Below are positions 44,318 to 54,195 of a stretch of 64,000 nt of DNA, piece by piece. Under the pieces are notes generated by a model that was not told the origin of the DNA, searched no databases, and worked only from the letters and a program-made list of their open reading frames with translations. A program made the position numbers and the translations under genes. Source of the stretch: a virus. Its lineage: Duplodnaviria > Heunggongvirae > Uroviricota > Caudoviricetes. Positions within the stretch are counted from its first letter, which is position 1. Each line of letters opens with the position of its first letter. The stretch lies in IMG/VR virus record IMGVR_UViG_2939521961_000011; one strand, given 5' to 3'.

Positions 44318-44785
44318 TCACGGTATACACTGGGTACGGATATATTCCTGTGCTCCTTCCAGTTGCTTCTGCATTGCCATCAGCCGTTCTCTGAGGATGA
44401 AATAATCCCGTTCAGCGGCTTCTGCCAGTCGGGGACCGGTTGCATTATCCACGCCGGAGGTGATGGGGGCTTTACGCAAGGAGCCTGGACAGTTGGCGTT
44501 GATGCGCAGGCGCTTACGACCAGCGGCAACATCAGCACGCAGAGTTTCATTTTCAGCTCTCGCATCGGCTAATTCCCTCGAGTATCTGGCATCAAGTGCA
44601 GCGACATCACGCTGGCGTATCTGCATATCAGTAATTGTCGCGTTCGCCAGCTCCAGCTCACTGGCTTTTTTATCGCGCTGCTCTTTGTAGATGATGGCGT
44701 GATCACGGTAATGATTCAGCCCCAGACTAAGCGCACCACAGGCCACCAGCAGGACAATGATAACCACGCACAGAACACGGTTCAT
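44318..44785 (-). CDS. Rz: i-spanin Rz
   Basis: N-terminal TM anchor plus coiled coil; Rz1 embedded in the +1 frame. Confidence 0.85.
   Translation of the reverse strand: MNRVLCVVIIVLLVACGALSLGLNHYRDHAIIYKEQRDKKASELELANATITDMQIRQRDVAALDARYSRELADARAENETLRADVAAGRKRLRINANCPGSLRKAPITSGVDNATGPRLAEAAERDYFILRERLMAMQKQLEGAQEYIRTQCIP
44380..44565 (-). CDS. Rz1: o-spanin Rz1 (lipoprotein) embedded in Rz
   Basis: Lipobox LPLVVSAC and proline-rich PPSPPAW tract, as lambda Rz1. Confidence 0.8.
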   Translation of the reverse strand: MRELKMKLCVLMLPLVVSACASTPTVQAPCVKPPSPPAWIMQPVPDWQKPLNGIISSSENG

Positions 44786-45116
44786 ATCACCACCAACGGA
44801 TTGCCCAGACCAGAACAGCAATGGCCACAATACGAATGGCAAAAGCTGCCGCTCTTGTTAAATCCAGACTGGCGTCTCCACTTCAATGCCTTTCATAATG
44901 GACAACCTCAGAAAGAATCTTTTATACTTCCTCACAGGGAAAGTACCTCCCTACCCATAATTTCTCCCTTGCCTTACTCAAGGTCAGAAAACACAAAACC
45001 CCGCTTGCTGCCAACAAACGGGTTTTTTACTTTTATTCACTTAGGTTTTACCAGTTTTCAGGATTTCGTGTTATCCACCCGCGTTGGCCAACGTCATTTT
45101 TCAGGAAAATATTCTG

Positions 45117-45650
45117 CTATCTGTCGATGTCCCAGCACGCCAGCGCGCTCTCCTGGTCACGCCGTGAGACCTGACCGTAGCAATTATTTGAACGGATACG
45201 GCAGTCTCTGCCACCGTCCTTAATCCACCAGCGAATCGCCTCACAGGCACCTTTTCGATCGCCTGCATTAATTCGTTTATAAAACGTCGACGGGAAGCAC
45301 TTACCGGGGCCAATGTTGTACGGACAGAATGACGCGATCCCCGCTTTCTGGGGTTCGGTCAGCGGCACCCGGATGTTTTTCTCCACCCATGCCAGCGCCT
45401 TATCACGTTCAATAGCGTTAACCTGGTCGCATTTTTCCTTCGTCAGTTTCATGCCAGGAATAACAGGCTTACCATCCACCCGGGTGGCTCCACGGCAGAT
45501 GGTCCAGATACCCGCACCATCACGGTATGCCGTGGTGTGGTTACCTTCCTTTTCATCCAGAAACTGGTCGAGGATTTCAGGCGCAGACGCCCCTGCACCA
45601 ATCAGCGCCAGAACGGCAGCCGACAGGCCGTATTTGATTTTTGCGTTCAT
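45117..45650 (-). CDS. R: SAR endolysin R (T4-lysozyme fold with N-terminal signal-anchor-release segment)
   Basis: Hydrophobic Gly/Ala-rich N-terminus, lysozyme catalytic region, phage 21-type. Confidence 0.85.
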   Translation of the reverse strand: MNAKIKYGLSAAVLALIGAGASAPEILDQFLDEKEGNHTTAYRDGAGIWTICRGATRVDGKPVIPGMKLTKEKCDQVNAIERDKALAWVEKNIRVPLTEPQKAGIASFCPYNIGPGKCFPSTFYKRINAGDRKGACEAIRWWIKDGGRDCRIRSNNCYGQVSRRDQESALACWDIDR

Positions 45651-45780
45651 GGATATTTATCAGGATTTATCGGTTCCGAATCCCTGGATATGTTAAGCCT
45701 TCACCCCACCAGTGGTGGGCACTGGCGGGTTCTTAATTTCCCCGGATGATCGTGGATTACATTCCACCAGGAGATTACTT

Positions 45781-46413
45781 ATGCTTATCTATCCAGCGGC
45801 AGACCTCCGTTTACAGGGACGCAGAGCACAACCATGGGATAAAACAACCACTCATAAATATCGTCCCGGTCAATATTATGACTTTCGTAAACACCCGGAA
45901 CTGATCGAGACACACCTTGAGGATTTTGTTGAATATTCAGACAGACAAGCGATTCAGACCTTTTTTTCTTTTGTTAAGTGGATCAACAGCAATTCATCTG
46001 CATTCGAGAGCACGGACTGCATGTTTTCAGGAACACCAAAGGTTGATGAATACGCCCCGGTATTTGGTTGCACCCATGCGTCATCTGGCCGCTTCGAATT
46101 TTTGTTTCGCGATACGAAAATAAACCAAAATGAGCGAGCTGTCGGATGGGTACTTAACAAACTATCGCTCTACCTTCAGAAAGAACGGCCCGATTTTTGT
46201 AAAGGAACCTTTGGCATCGTTCCCCTCATGACGGAATATACCGACTCCGGCGGTAACGAGTTCACCGGTTATCGTATTTGTGTCTATTTCGATGCTTACG
46301 GGAATGGAACAGAGGATACCTGGACTTCTCTCAACATCATGTTTGATGGCCTCATGAAAGCCACCAAAAGAATGAGCAATGAAACAATCACTGGCGAGAT
46401 GCGTCCCCTTTAA
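45781..46413 (+). CDS. hypothetical 210-aa protein, antisense to the lysis operon
   Basis: GGAG RBS before ATG; AT-rich; overlaps the 3' end of the convergent 263-aa ORF by ~250 bp; no family recognized. Confidence 0.4.
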   Translation: MLIYPAADLRLQGRRAQPWDKTTTHKYRPGQYYDFRKHPELIETHLEDFVEYSDRQAIQTFFSFVKWINSNSSAFESTDCMFSGTPKVDEYAPVFGCTHASSGRFEFLFRDTKINQNERAVGWVLNKLSLYLQKERPDFCKGTFGIVPLMTEYTDSGGNEFTGYRICVYFDAYGNGTEDTWTSLNIMFDGLMKATKRMSNETITGEMRPL

Positions 46414-46953
46414 AAAATTATCCAGAATCTCACTATTTGCAGAGCGCTCTCTGTTTTTTTGAATACGGAAACACTCTGCGAGATTTCTGCTCATCACTTT
46501 CCGGCAATAATCGTAAAACGCCGCGAACTGCTCATCACGGCGTTTTTTTTCACCTTCGGAAGGGATCTGCACCGACAGTTTTTTATTCAGTTCAACGACG
46601 CTGTTCTCCAGTTTTTCAATGCGTGATTCGATATCATCTTTTTCTGACTGTATCGTGTTATATGCATTGTTAATTTGTATGGTATACCGCTCTTCTGAAC
46701 AGAGGCGCTTTTCCGGCAACGGTTCGTTCCCTTCACATAACCCGGCAGCAATATCCATGAAAAACTGCTTCGCCTTCTTTTTCGCCTCAGCTTCGTAAAA
46801 CTCCAGCGGGGCACCTTCAACACGATCAAGATCAATCACCACATTTGGCAACAACAGTGACGTATACCCACCAGTTTCCAGCGCCACAGTAACAGTAATC
46901 TTATCCGGGTAAATATTTATCCCTTTAACAACCAGTTCGTATTGTTTATTCAT
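46162..46953 (-). CDS. hypothetical 263-aa protein translationally coupled to the holin
   Basis: ATG 3 nt after holin stop with GGGGAG RBS; coiled-coil-like centre; no family recognized. Confidence 0.5.
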   Translation of the reverse strand: MNKQYELVVKGINIYPDKITVTVALETGGYTSLLLPNVVIDLDRVEGAPLEFYEAEAKKKAKQFFMDIAAGLCEGNEPLPEKRLCSEERYTIQINNAYNTIQSEKDDIESRIEKLENSVVELNKKLSVQIPSEGEKKRRDEQFAAFYDYCRKVMSRNLAECFRIQKNRERSANSEILDNFLKGTHLASDCFIAHSFGGFHEAIKHDVERSPGILCSIPVSIEIDTNTITGELVTAGVGIFRHEGNDAKGSFTKIGPFFLKVER

Positions 46954-46956
46954 CGT

Positions 46957-47163
46957 CTACTCTCCCCGCGCCGCCTTACGACGGTCCTCTCTGATTTTGA
47001 AATACAGGTTAGTAAGATACGTCAGCAGGCCAAACAGCAGACTCCCCAGCACACCTATCGCCACCCACTGGGACGGAGAGACTTTGTCCAGCAGCTGCAG
47101 TAACCAGTATCCCGTCCCCACCGCTGACGTGGTGTATGACACACCTGTTGTGATTTTTTCCAT
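46957..47163 (-). CDS. S: holin S (phage 21-type pinholin)
   Basis: 68 aa, two TM segments, charged C-terminus [13 protein letters not shown]. Confidence 0.85.
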   Translation of the reverse strand: MEKITTGVSYTTSAVGTGYWLLQLLDKVSPSQWVAIGVLGSLLFGLLTYLTNLYFKIREDRRKAARGE

Positions 47164-47340
47164 CTGATGTATGTCTCCGTCACCGCCGACAGAAAATGAA
47201 AGTAAAGAAAAACAAAAAAGCCGCCAGTGTCACCCACTGACGGCCAACGCCGGGAGCCGTGATTATGGCATTCAGGCTCTGCTAAAAATGCCAGATAACA
47301 TTCCGGCCTCCCCTGATTCAGGTTATAAATGACACAATAT

Positions 47341-47460
47341 CTTGACAACATCCGTCACTGTCTGTCAGAAAATGTACTGCCATATAGAAGCAACATGTGA
47401 AGTACATCTATCCTTTTGAGCCAGCACCTCTCCACCGAAAGTCAGTGCTGGCTGTTTTTT
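47341..47460 (+). ncRNA. candidate small RNA unit A (TTGACA -35-like element plus terminator)
   Basis: TTGACA at 47341, hairpin AGCCAGCAC...GTGCTGGCT followed by T7 at 47419-47460; no convincing -10. Confidence 0.35.
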
Positions 47461-47508
47461 TCCTTAATAAGGCATCTGTAACTGAAACAATCCGCATATT
47501 GATAATAT

Positions 47509-47608
47509 ATTGACAGGCATCATTGCTGTCTGTGAAAAATAAGTCTCTACAAACATATAAGGCCTTTTAGCCAGCGTCTTCTTTTTCAGGTCAGTCGCTG
47601 GCTTTTTT
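47509..47608 (+). ncRNA. candidate small RNA unit B, paralog of unit A
   Basis: TTGACA at 47509, conserved TGTCTGT...AAAAT box, hairpin GCCAGCG...CGCTGGC followed by T7 at 47565-47608. Confidence 0.35.
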
Positions 47609-47610
47609 TA

Positions 47611-49461
47611 TTATGCTGCCGGTGCATTTATCTCCAGCATCAGACTTTCTATCTCAACGCCATACGCTGCATTTTTTGTAACATCCGTCAGCGTCAGCGC
47701 ATTCAGTCCCAGTGTCAGACTGTCTTTTATAACCTGGAATGCCGGGCCAGCCACTCCATTCAGTTTCGGAGTAACCGTGGCACTGCCGGCGGTGAACACC
47801 AGCTCCAGCGTCTGCCAGTCGTTACCGTAATCGCCGAACTCCCCCAGCTTCGTGTTTCCGGCTTTCCTGTGATGCATCAGATTCACTCTGCCGTCAGTGG
47901 TCTGAGTGAAGTACGACATCAGGAACGGATTACCGGTACCCGTCATCGCCACACCATCAGGAACGGGAGCATCTGTATACAGATAAATCCCCAGCCCGAA
48001 CTGATTGTTGGTCAGTGCGCCTGACAGGCGGAACTTACAGGTCAGTCTGCCGCCCTGTGTCAGCAGGGTAATTGCGTCATCCACCGGATGCGTCAGGGAC
48101 CAGGTTTTATTGCTCTGCTTGGTGATCTTAAATACACCATCTGACAACTGAATTCCGCCATCCTTAATGCTCCAGCCCTGCGCAGCAGCCTCTCCGGCTG
48201 CCGGCAGCAGGGAGATTGTGCGAACGGACGTATCTGCAGACGGACCCGATGGCGTGTTGCCGCCGGGCGAGGGTTTGATTTCCGGTGCCTTACCACTGAT
48301 GAAGGCGGAGGTGCGCCCGGCTGCGTTCAGAATAGCGGTTGCCAGACGATCCGGAATAATGCTCCTGCGCGCCCATGAACTGAAATGTGTCGGGCGGTTT
48401 GATGATACCTGGTTTCCATTCGTTCTCGATGCCGCACCGTAATATCCTGATGCCGGAATATCCGGATCTTCTGCCGGCGCGTTAGTGGCGGTATTGACAC
48501 CGTTACCGTCTGTCATGAAGGGCACAAAATAAACGCCCTCACTCTCCCTGTTTTTATACCCGCCGTACACGGTGTCGTACTGGGTAGCGTATGTATTTTT
48601 CCAGTAATACGTCGTGTCACCACAAATCCACGGCACATCTGCAGCACTGCCACCATGGCACTGCGCGTTAAACACGGAGAGGTCAGCACGAAACTGTGTC
48701 AGCATGGCTGTAAACAGCGCAGGTTGCTGTGCGTGGGTGGCGGCGCTCATGTCAAACTCTCCCTGCATCCAGCACACCGCCAGCAACACATTTTTCGGGT
48801 TCTTCTGTAATGCAGCTTTAGTGCGCGCAATCAGGTCCTGATATAACGGTTTACCCACACCCCAGCGTGCCGAATCCTGGCTGGCCCCCGTGTCCGCACT
48901 GAATGTCCCCTCCGCGCCCTGGGTGAATGCCGAACCACCACGACAGCATGGTACCAGCAGGATCCCCGCGTTATTCGGGATATACGGGAGCAGTTTTTTG
49001 GCAATATGTAACCCCTGGCCGACACAGCCGTACTGCCCTTTGCTCAGGTCTGCCTTCGGATGATTCAGCGTACTCATATCCTGCACATCATGCAGGCAGT
49101 GGTCGGCCGGAATAATATCGTTATATCTGCAGGCAGCCCCACCCGGCGTCACTGTACTGCGGCGCGCCAGCTGTTTAATGCGCGGATCCGGAGCATCGTA
49201 TGAATCCGGCAGCGGAAGCCCTTCACCGTAAGCCATGGCATTGGACTGCCCGGCCAGTACGATGACGTAGTACCACTCCGGCTCAGTTGCACCACTGACC
49301 ACCACATCACCTTCTGCTGTAATCGCCTGCATCAGGGTATAAGGGGTTATGGCCACCGGACTCCCAAACGGCTGCCAGCCCTCTTTCAGTTTGTGTGTCA
49401 GCTTTTCCGCAAGGTCTGACGGCGACGCCGCCCTGACAACATCATAATGTTTAAATGTCAT
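47611..49461 (-). CDS. nanS-p: NanS-p-like 9-O-acetyl sialate esterase (DUF1737 N-terminus plus SGNH/SASA esterase), intact
   Basis: 616 aa; GQSNAMAYG motif; position between Q and S as in Stx-type phages. Confidence 0.75.
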   Translation of the reverse strand: MTFKHYDVVRAASPSDLAEKLTHKLKEGWQPFGSPVAITPYTLMQAITAEGDVVVSGATEPEWYYVIVLAGQSNAMAYGEGLPLPDSYDAPDPRIKQLARRSTVTPGGAACRYNDIIPADHCLHDVQDMSTLNHPKADLSKGQYGCVGQGLHIAKKLLPYIPNNAGILLVPCCRGGSAFTQGAEGTFSADTGASQDSARWGVGKPLYQDLIARTKAALQKNPKNVLLAVCWMQGEFDMSAATHAQQPALFTAMLTQFRADLSVFNAQCHGGSAADVPWICGDTTYYWKNTYATQYDTVYGGYKNRESEGVYFVPFMTDGNGVNTATNAPAEDPDIPASGYYGAASRTNGNQVSSNRPTHFSSWARRSIIPDRLATAILNAAGRTSAFISGKAPEIKPSPGGNTPSGPSADTSVRTISLLPAAGEAAAQGWSIKDGGIQLSDGVFKITKQSNKTWSLTHPVDDAITLLTQGGRLTCKFRLSGALTNNQFGLGIYLYTDAPVPDGVAMTGTGNPFLMSYFTQTTDGRVNLMHHRKAGNTKLGEFGDYGNDWQTLELVFTAGSATVTPKLNGVAGPAFQVIKDSLTLGLNALTLTDVTKNAAYGVEIESLMLEINAPAA

Positions 49462-50031
49462 TATTCCTCCCGGCCGGGATAGTGTATTAAATCAGATATG
49501 GAGTGGGCTGTAGTCCGGAAGCCTGAATGACACACGGGGACTACAGCCCAAGAAATGAAAAAAGGCCACGCAGTTGCGCAGCCTGATAAACCCTGGTTAA
49601 AATCCACACGATAACAACACAACAATATCAGTATCTCATGCTATTGCCCGAACCCATTCGGGCATTTTTTACCCATAAAAAAGCCCCTCCGGAGAGGGGC
49701 ATGTTTGCATGCACATTCTTTTTCTTGCATGGTGCCGGGTGCCTCCCGGTGAATTCAGTATCAGCACCTGAATCCGCGATTATCACATATACCTGGTTGC
49801 TGATTGCCCCTCCGCACAGGGGGATTCACCATGCAGTAGTATTTTTAATAAACAGTAAACAAAAAAATCAAGCATTATGCAGGCTGTTTCTTTTTATCAC
49901 CGGCCACAGCAATACCACAATGCCGCAGACCAGCACCCCATCCGCCAGCACCGACATGATTCTGCTGGTGAAATCCACCATCACCACCAGAAACAGCAGG
50001 AGTGCAGCCACAGCCAGGCGCAGTTTTACCG

Positions 50032-50410
50032 TCACTGGTGATTCTCCAGACGAAGACCCAGAACACCGGCAATCTCTTCCAGCACCTTGCGCTCTTCCGG
50101 CTCAATTTCGCCGTCTGCCTCCGCAATGGCCACCGCCACATCCAGCACATCTTCCGCTTCACGCGTATCGTGTTTCACATCCTCGATCTCACGTAACGCC
50201 GCACGACGACCAATTTTAAAGTTCGTATCCAGCTGACCGATAATGGTTGCGCTAATCGCATTAATTTCTGACGTAAACGCGGACAGCGCAGGCTGATTAC
50301 GCAGTACCTGTTCGATCTTCGCTTTCTAGGAAGCCTCACATTCACCATCTGCACAGGCCACCAGGTAGGCAGCATTAATAACCGCCTGTGCCAGATCGCG
50401 TTTCTCAAAC
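50032..50410 (-). pseudogene. TerB-like gene remnant: in-frame TAG at 50326-50328 and divergent 5' end
   Basis: Aligns with 1085-1516; GAG (Glu) in copy 1 is TAG here; start region replaced. Confidence 0.65.
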
Positions 50411-50527
50411 TTTCCTTTTTCCGGTTAACGTGACACACCAATAACTCTTGTCGAAAAAGCCAGCAAGCTGAAAGACCGGTATTCACAACCACCAGCGCGT
50501 TTACTGTACTGGCGTGATTTCAGTCAT

Positions 50528-50553
50528 AAAAAAACCCGCCTGGCGACGGGTGT
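50528..50553 (-). terminator. tR'-like terminator downstream of Q2
   Basis: GC hairpin followed by T7 on the minus strand. Confidence 0.55.
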
Positions 50554-50631
50554 AAAAAATCTTCTAACGTCAGGCATAAAACGCCCATCGTTAGGGCAAA
50601 TTTACCACAGATTCGGGAAAAATCAACAAAG

Positions 50632-51453
50632 CTATCTGGTCACCTTTTTCAGTTGTTGTTCTGCCCATGCTTCTTCAATATCAAACTGCACCACCAGCGT
50701 ATCGTAAAAACGTTTAACTGTTTTTTTCCATGTATCAAGAGATATGGCATCGGTTACATTACATATGGCATTAAATGCCTCCGTTGAAGGTAATCTTTCA
50801 TAGCCACGACCACCACAACGCTGGCAGTCTCTGATAACAGGCATACCACGTTTTACCGACTCTTCACGATGAATGGCAACACCGCGCCCACGACAATCTT
50901 TACAGGCGGTGGAAACCTCCCCCTTCCCTCCACACTCCGGACAGGCAACTTTTACCACCTCCCTGACTTTTTTCCATTCCTCCCAGTAAGACGGATACAC
51001 GCCTTTTGTGCACTTTGCCCACACTGGCGGCTTACCATCCGGATACTGGATCTTGTTTGTAAAAACCTCGCTTTCAATAAATTTTTTTCCGTGACAACAG
51101 GGGCACTGTTTTTTGCTCGCCGCGCTACGGGCATAATCTTCAAACGCATACGAAGCCATAATACGCATCACTGCCGGTTTTATTTCTGCCGGGAGTTTTC
51201 TTAACGCCGCCACGCGATCACACCGACTGAGTGCATATTCTGTCAGCAATTCTGTTGCCCGCTCTCTGTCATTCATACTAATGCCCATTTTCCCAAGGAA
51301 CGCAGAAAACCCCATCTCAGCCCAATTCTGTGTCATGCCCTGCGCGGCCATCACATCAGTGATACTCAGCGTATCTTTCGACGTTGAGGCCGATGCATCA
51401 GTCAGGCCGGGGGATTTTGGGGAGTAGTATTTCGGTAAATCTTCCAGTTTCAT
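50632..51453 (-). CDS. Q: late antiterminator Q, second allele
   Basis: 273 aa; Cys-rich zinc motifs; followed by tR' and late genes. Confidence 0.8.
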   Translation of the reverse strand: MKLEDLPKYYSPKSPGLTDASASTSKDTLSITDVMAAQGMTQNWAEMGFSAFLGKMGISMNDRERATELLTEYALSRCDRVAALRKLPAEIKPAVMRIMASYAFEDYARSAASKKQCPCCHGKKFIESEVFTNKIQYPDGKPPVWAKCTKGVYPSYWEEWKKVREVVKVACPECGGKGEVSTACKDCRGRGVAIHREESVKRGMPVIRDCQRCGGRGYERLPSTEAFNAICNVTDAISLDTWKKTVKRFYDTLVVQFDIEEAWAEQQLKKVTR

Positions 51454-51824
51454 TTTTTGACCAGCCCTTCAAGCATTATGGGGTAAATCTTCACCCCCAG
51501 ACGTCCACCAGATACTGGCTGACCACGAACGATATTGATTTCATCAAACTGCTCATCGTCCATTAACACTCCCGCATGCGTCAGCGCATCCAGCGGCGCT
51601 TTCAGAATATTGTCCAGGTCACGGCGGCGCTTATCCGGTGGCTCGGCAATAATCTTTATCGCCAGCCTTCCGGACAGGCTTAATTTCAGCCGCTGCTGGC
51701 GAACAATAAGCGCCACAGCCCGGCGATAACGCTCACCGGCTTTTGATACAAAATATGTGCTGCCACGACGTCGCCAGTAGGTGTTCACCGTCGGCGGGTA
51801 AAGCAAAACAAACTCTATACGCAT
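51450..51824 (-). CDS. rusA: RusA-like Holliday junction resolvase
   Basis: 124 aa with the RRRDLDN catalytic motif. Confidence 0.8.
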   Translation of the reverse strand: MRIEFVLLYPPTVNTYWRRRGSTYFVSKAGERYRRAVALIVRQQRLKLSLSGRLAIKIIAEPPDKRRRDLDNILKAPLDALTHAGVLMDDEQFDEINIVRGQPVSGGRLGVKIYPIMLEGLVKK

Positions 51825-51836
51825 CAGTAACCTCTT

Positions 51837-52886
51837 TTACCCGAGCACGCCGGTTGCAAAGGCGTGATCAAGAAAACGAAAAATTAAATCAACCTGGGAA
51901 CCATGCTTTTCTTCGAACGCCAGCGGATCCGCATGAAGCTCGTTGTGATGCTCCCGACACAGCGGTAGCGTGAAAATATCGTGGGATTTTGTTCCCATTC
52001 CACCCTGACCATGACCAATCAGATGATGAGGATCGTCCGCTGGCTTACCACAACACGCACACGGCTGTGTCTTTACCCAGCGTGTGTATTTCTCATTTAC
52101 CCAGCGGCGACGTTTAGGTCGTTTCATGAAGGATTCCGGAGACTCCGGATCAACGGCAATGCTGACCACCGTCTTTTCCTGTGGTGGGTTCTGTTGCTGG
52201 TGGGTGTGAGGCGGTAGCGCAATATTTTTTGTGCGCTGCTTCAGTATGCTGGTGGCGGTCTGTTCTCCCGGTATGATGTCGCTTTCACGGTATACGGAGC
52301 GGATTTTTTCCGCCGGTAATCCCAGAGAGCGACGCGATACTGCCTCAGGTAATGCGTCCACCACCTGATTGCAGACTGCCCACCAGGATAATTCAGCCAG
52401 CGATAATTCCCGCTCCTGCGTGCCATTCATTACATGGCGTATGACGTCAATCATCCAGGCTGTCAGATTTTGTTGAGTAAGTTGCTCAAGTGATTCGGAG
52501 GTCTGGTCGCGCAGCTGGTTGTCGCAGTGCCAGCACAACACCATTGCGCCGGTACCATAACGGTGAATGACGGTTTCACTGTGGTGATAATCACCGTGTG
52601 GCCACTGGCAGGATTTAACATGGCGCAGTAACCAGTCAGACAATGCGCCAGCGCCACCAGCAGCACGAATCACTCGTTCGTCGCTGAAAAATGGCAGTAA
52701 TGATTTATCTTCCGCCAGCGGCTGGCGAACAGCAGGAACCGCTCCAGATGGCAGCGCCCGCATGTTTTTCGGTTCCGGCTCCACCAGCACCCTGCCGCGA
52801 TGAAAAACTGGCAATGATTCACGACCGGGCTTAAGGACCACCAGCCCGAGTTCCGGAACCAGAACAGGTCGAAGTAATACCCGCAC
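51837..52886 (-). CDS. ydfU: DUF968 (YdfU-like) protein, second copy
   Basis: GTG start with GGAGG RBS; ~90 percent identical to 5070-6119. Confidence 0.7.
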   Translation of the reverse strand: MRVLLRPVLVPELGLVVLKPGRESLPVFHRGRVLVEPEPKNMRALPSGAVPAVRQPLAEDKSLLPFFSDERVIRAAGGAGALSDWLLRHVKSCQWPHGDYHHSETVIHRYGTGAMVLCWHCDNQLRDQTSESLEQLTQQNLTAWMIDVIRHVMNGTQERELSLAELSWWAVCNQVVDALPEAVSRRSLGLPAEKIRSVYRESDIIPGEQTATSILKQRTKNIALPPHTHQQQNPPQEKTVVSIAVDPESPESFMKRPKRRRWVNEKYTRWVKTQPCACCGKPADDPHHLIGHGQGGMGTKSHDIFTLPLCREHHNELHADPLAFEEKHGSQVDLIFRFLDHAFATGVLG

Positions 52887-52887
52887 A

Positions 52888-53160
52888 TTACCTCCAGACG
52901 CGCTGACGGTAGCAGGCATGTGTCCGTGGCAGATGTGCACGAACAGGAAGATATACAGAAACGGTCCAGGTCAGACGATCAGCGTTCAGACTCCGCTCCA
53001 CACGGACACCGCGACGCAGATACGCCTCTTGAAGCATATCTGCCTCATCGATCGTACAGAACAGATAGTGAAACCAGCCATACTGAGGCGCACGAAAACG
53101 CCTCCCCTGCTTAATTTCCGGGTCGGCTTCAGAATTGTGGGATTTTATGTGTTGTGTCAT
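52888..53160 (-). CDS. hypothetical small phage protein
   Basis: ORF only; positional analog of 6121-6408. Confidence 0.35.
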   Translation of the reverse strand: MTQHIKSHNSEADPEIKQGRRFRAPQYGWFHYLFCTIDEADMLQEAYLRRGVRVERSLNADRLTWTVSVYLPVRAHLPRTHACYRQRVWR

Positions 53161-53240
53161 CGGATTCTCCGGTGACAGCAGGTGTCAGTTGTTCAGGCTG
53201 ACTGCGCGAATTGTAAGGCAATACGCCGGAATGTACAAAC

Positions 53241-53263
53241 AGAAAACCCGTCAGTAAGACGGG
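53241..53263 (-). terminator. intrinsic terminator after the BOF gene
   Basis: CCCGTC...GACGGG hairpin plus U-run on the minus strand. Confidence 0.55.
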
Positions 53264-53281
53264 CTTAACAAGCAGGGGCGG

Positions 53282-53626
53282 TTACTTTAATAATTTCAGT
53301 GCCTTTACATCAACTTCAACACTGCTCAGGTCTTTATCAATTTCACCCTCAATTCTTACTTTGTCTTTCGGAGAAACATTCTGCCCGGCCCATACGCTGT
53401 CATCAATATCCGTGACAATTGTCCCGCTATTGTCACGAAACTCATAACGTTCATCACCCACTTTTTTAACGATGCTCCCTTCAAGGATAACCCATGCATC
53501 ATCCTTCAGTTCTTTTGCCTGCGCTACTGTTGAACGCTCTGCTTCTGGCCCCTGGAAACCACCCTGCTGTGCAAAAGCGCCAAAAGACACACCGGAAATA
53601 AGTGCTGCAATCAATACCTTTTTCAT
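53282..53626 (-). CDS. YgiW/YdeI-family periplasmic OB-fold (BOF) protein
   Basis: Signal peptide MKKVLIAALISGVSFGAFA; family resemblance; sits where prophage 1 carries its TA pair. Confidence 0.65.
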   Translation of the reverse strand: MKKVLIAALISGVSFGAFAQQGGFQGPEAERSTVAQAKELKDDAWVILEGSIVKKVGDERYEFRDNSGTIVTDIDDSVWAGQNVSPKDKVRIEGEIDKDLSSVEVDVKALKLLK

Positions 53627-53745
53627 TCATAGTCCTCTTTCAGAGATGAACATTCAAACAGCATTTTCAGTATGGTAAAGCGCGGGTGCGTTGAGGATGC
53701 CTGACACATCAGAGGTGGCGGGAGATTACTCCCCCGCCTGGTCTC

Positions 53746-53901
53746 TTACTTCTCAGATTCGTAGTCTACGAAGACAGCGACCTCCGTCTGACCGGTTCGG
53801 ATTCGCACCTCGCAGAGGTCTTTCCTCGTTACCAGTGCCGTCACTATGACGGTTAAACAGATGACGATCAGGGCGATTAACATCGCCTTTTGCTGCTTCA
53901 T
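53746..53901 (-). CDS. hok: Hok/Gef-family type I toxin, second copy (mok-like frame to 53958)
   Basis: 51 aa, same architecture as 7679-7834 with a divergent C-terminal tail. Confidence 0.8.
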   Translation of the reverse strand: MKQQKAMLIALIVICLTVIVTALVTRKDLCEVRIRTGQTEVAVFVDYESEK

Positions 53902-54111
53902 AGCCTGCTTCTCCTTGCCTTTCGGCACGTAAGAGGCTAACCTACATGTGTTCAGCATGGATTGAGCCTCAGATTAATGTTAAGCGTCTTGCAGGACGCG
54001 TAATGTTAACTGGGGCTTTTCTCTATCTGCCGTTGGTGTTCATGCCCGAGGCAGATAGCCTCAAGCACCCGCTGCAATTCTACTTAACTATCCTTTTCCC
54101 GCAAACCGTTT

Positions 54112-54195
54112 TTATCCCCAGCGGCAAATCGAATACACCACCAGCGCCACCGCCATCGCAATTCCTACCGTTGTGAATGCTTCAGGCCAGGTCAT
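54112..54195 (-). CDS. 27-aa hydrophobic peptide, second copy
   Basis: AGGAGG RBS; ATGA overlap with upstream stop. Confidence 0.55.
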   Translation of the reverse strand: MTWPEAFTTVGIAMAVALVVYSICRWG

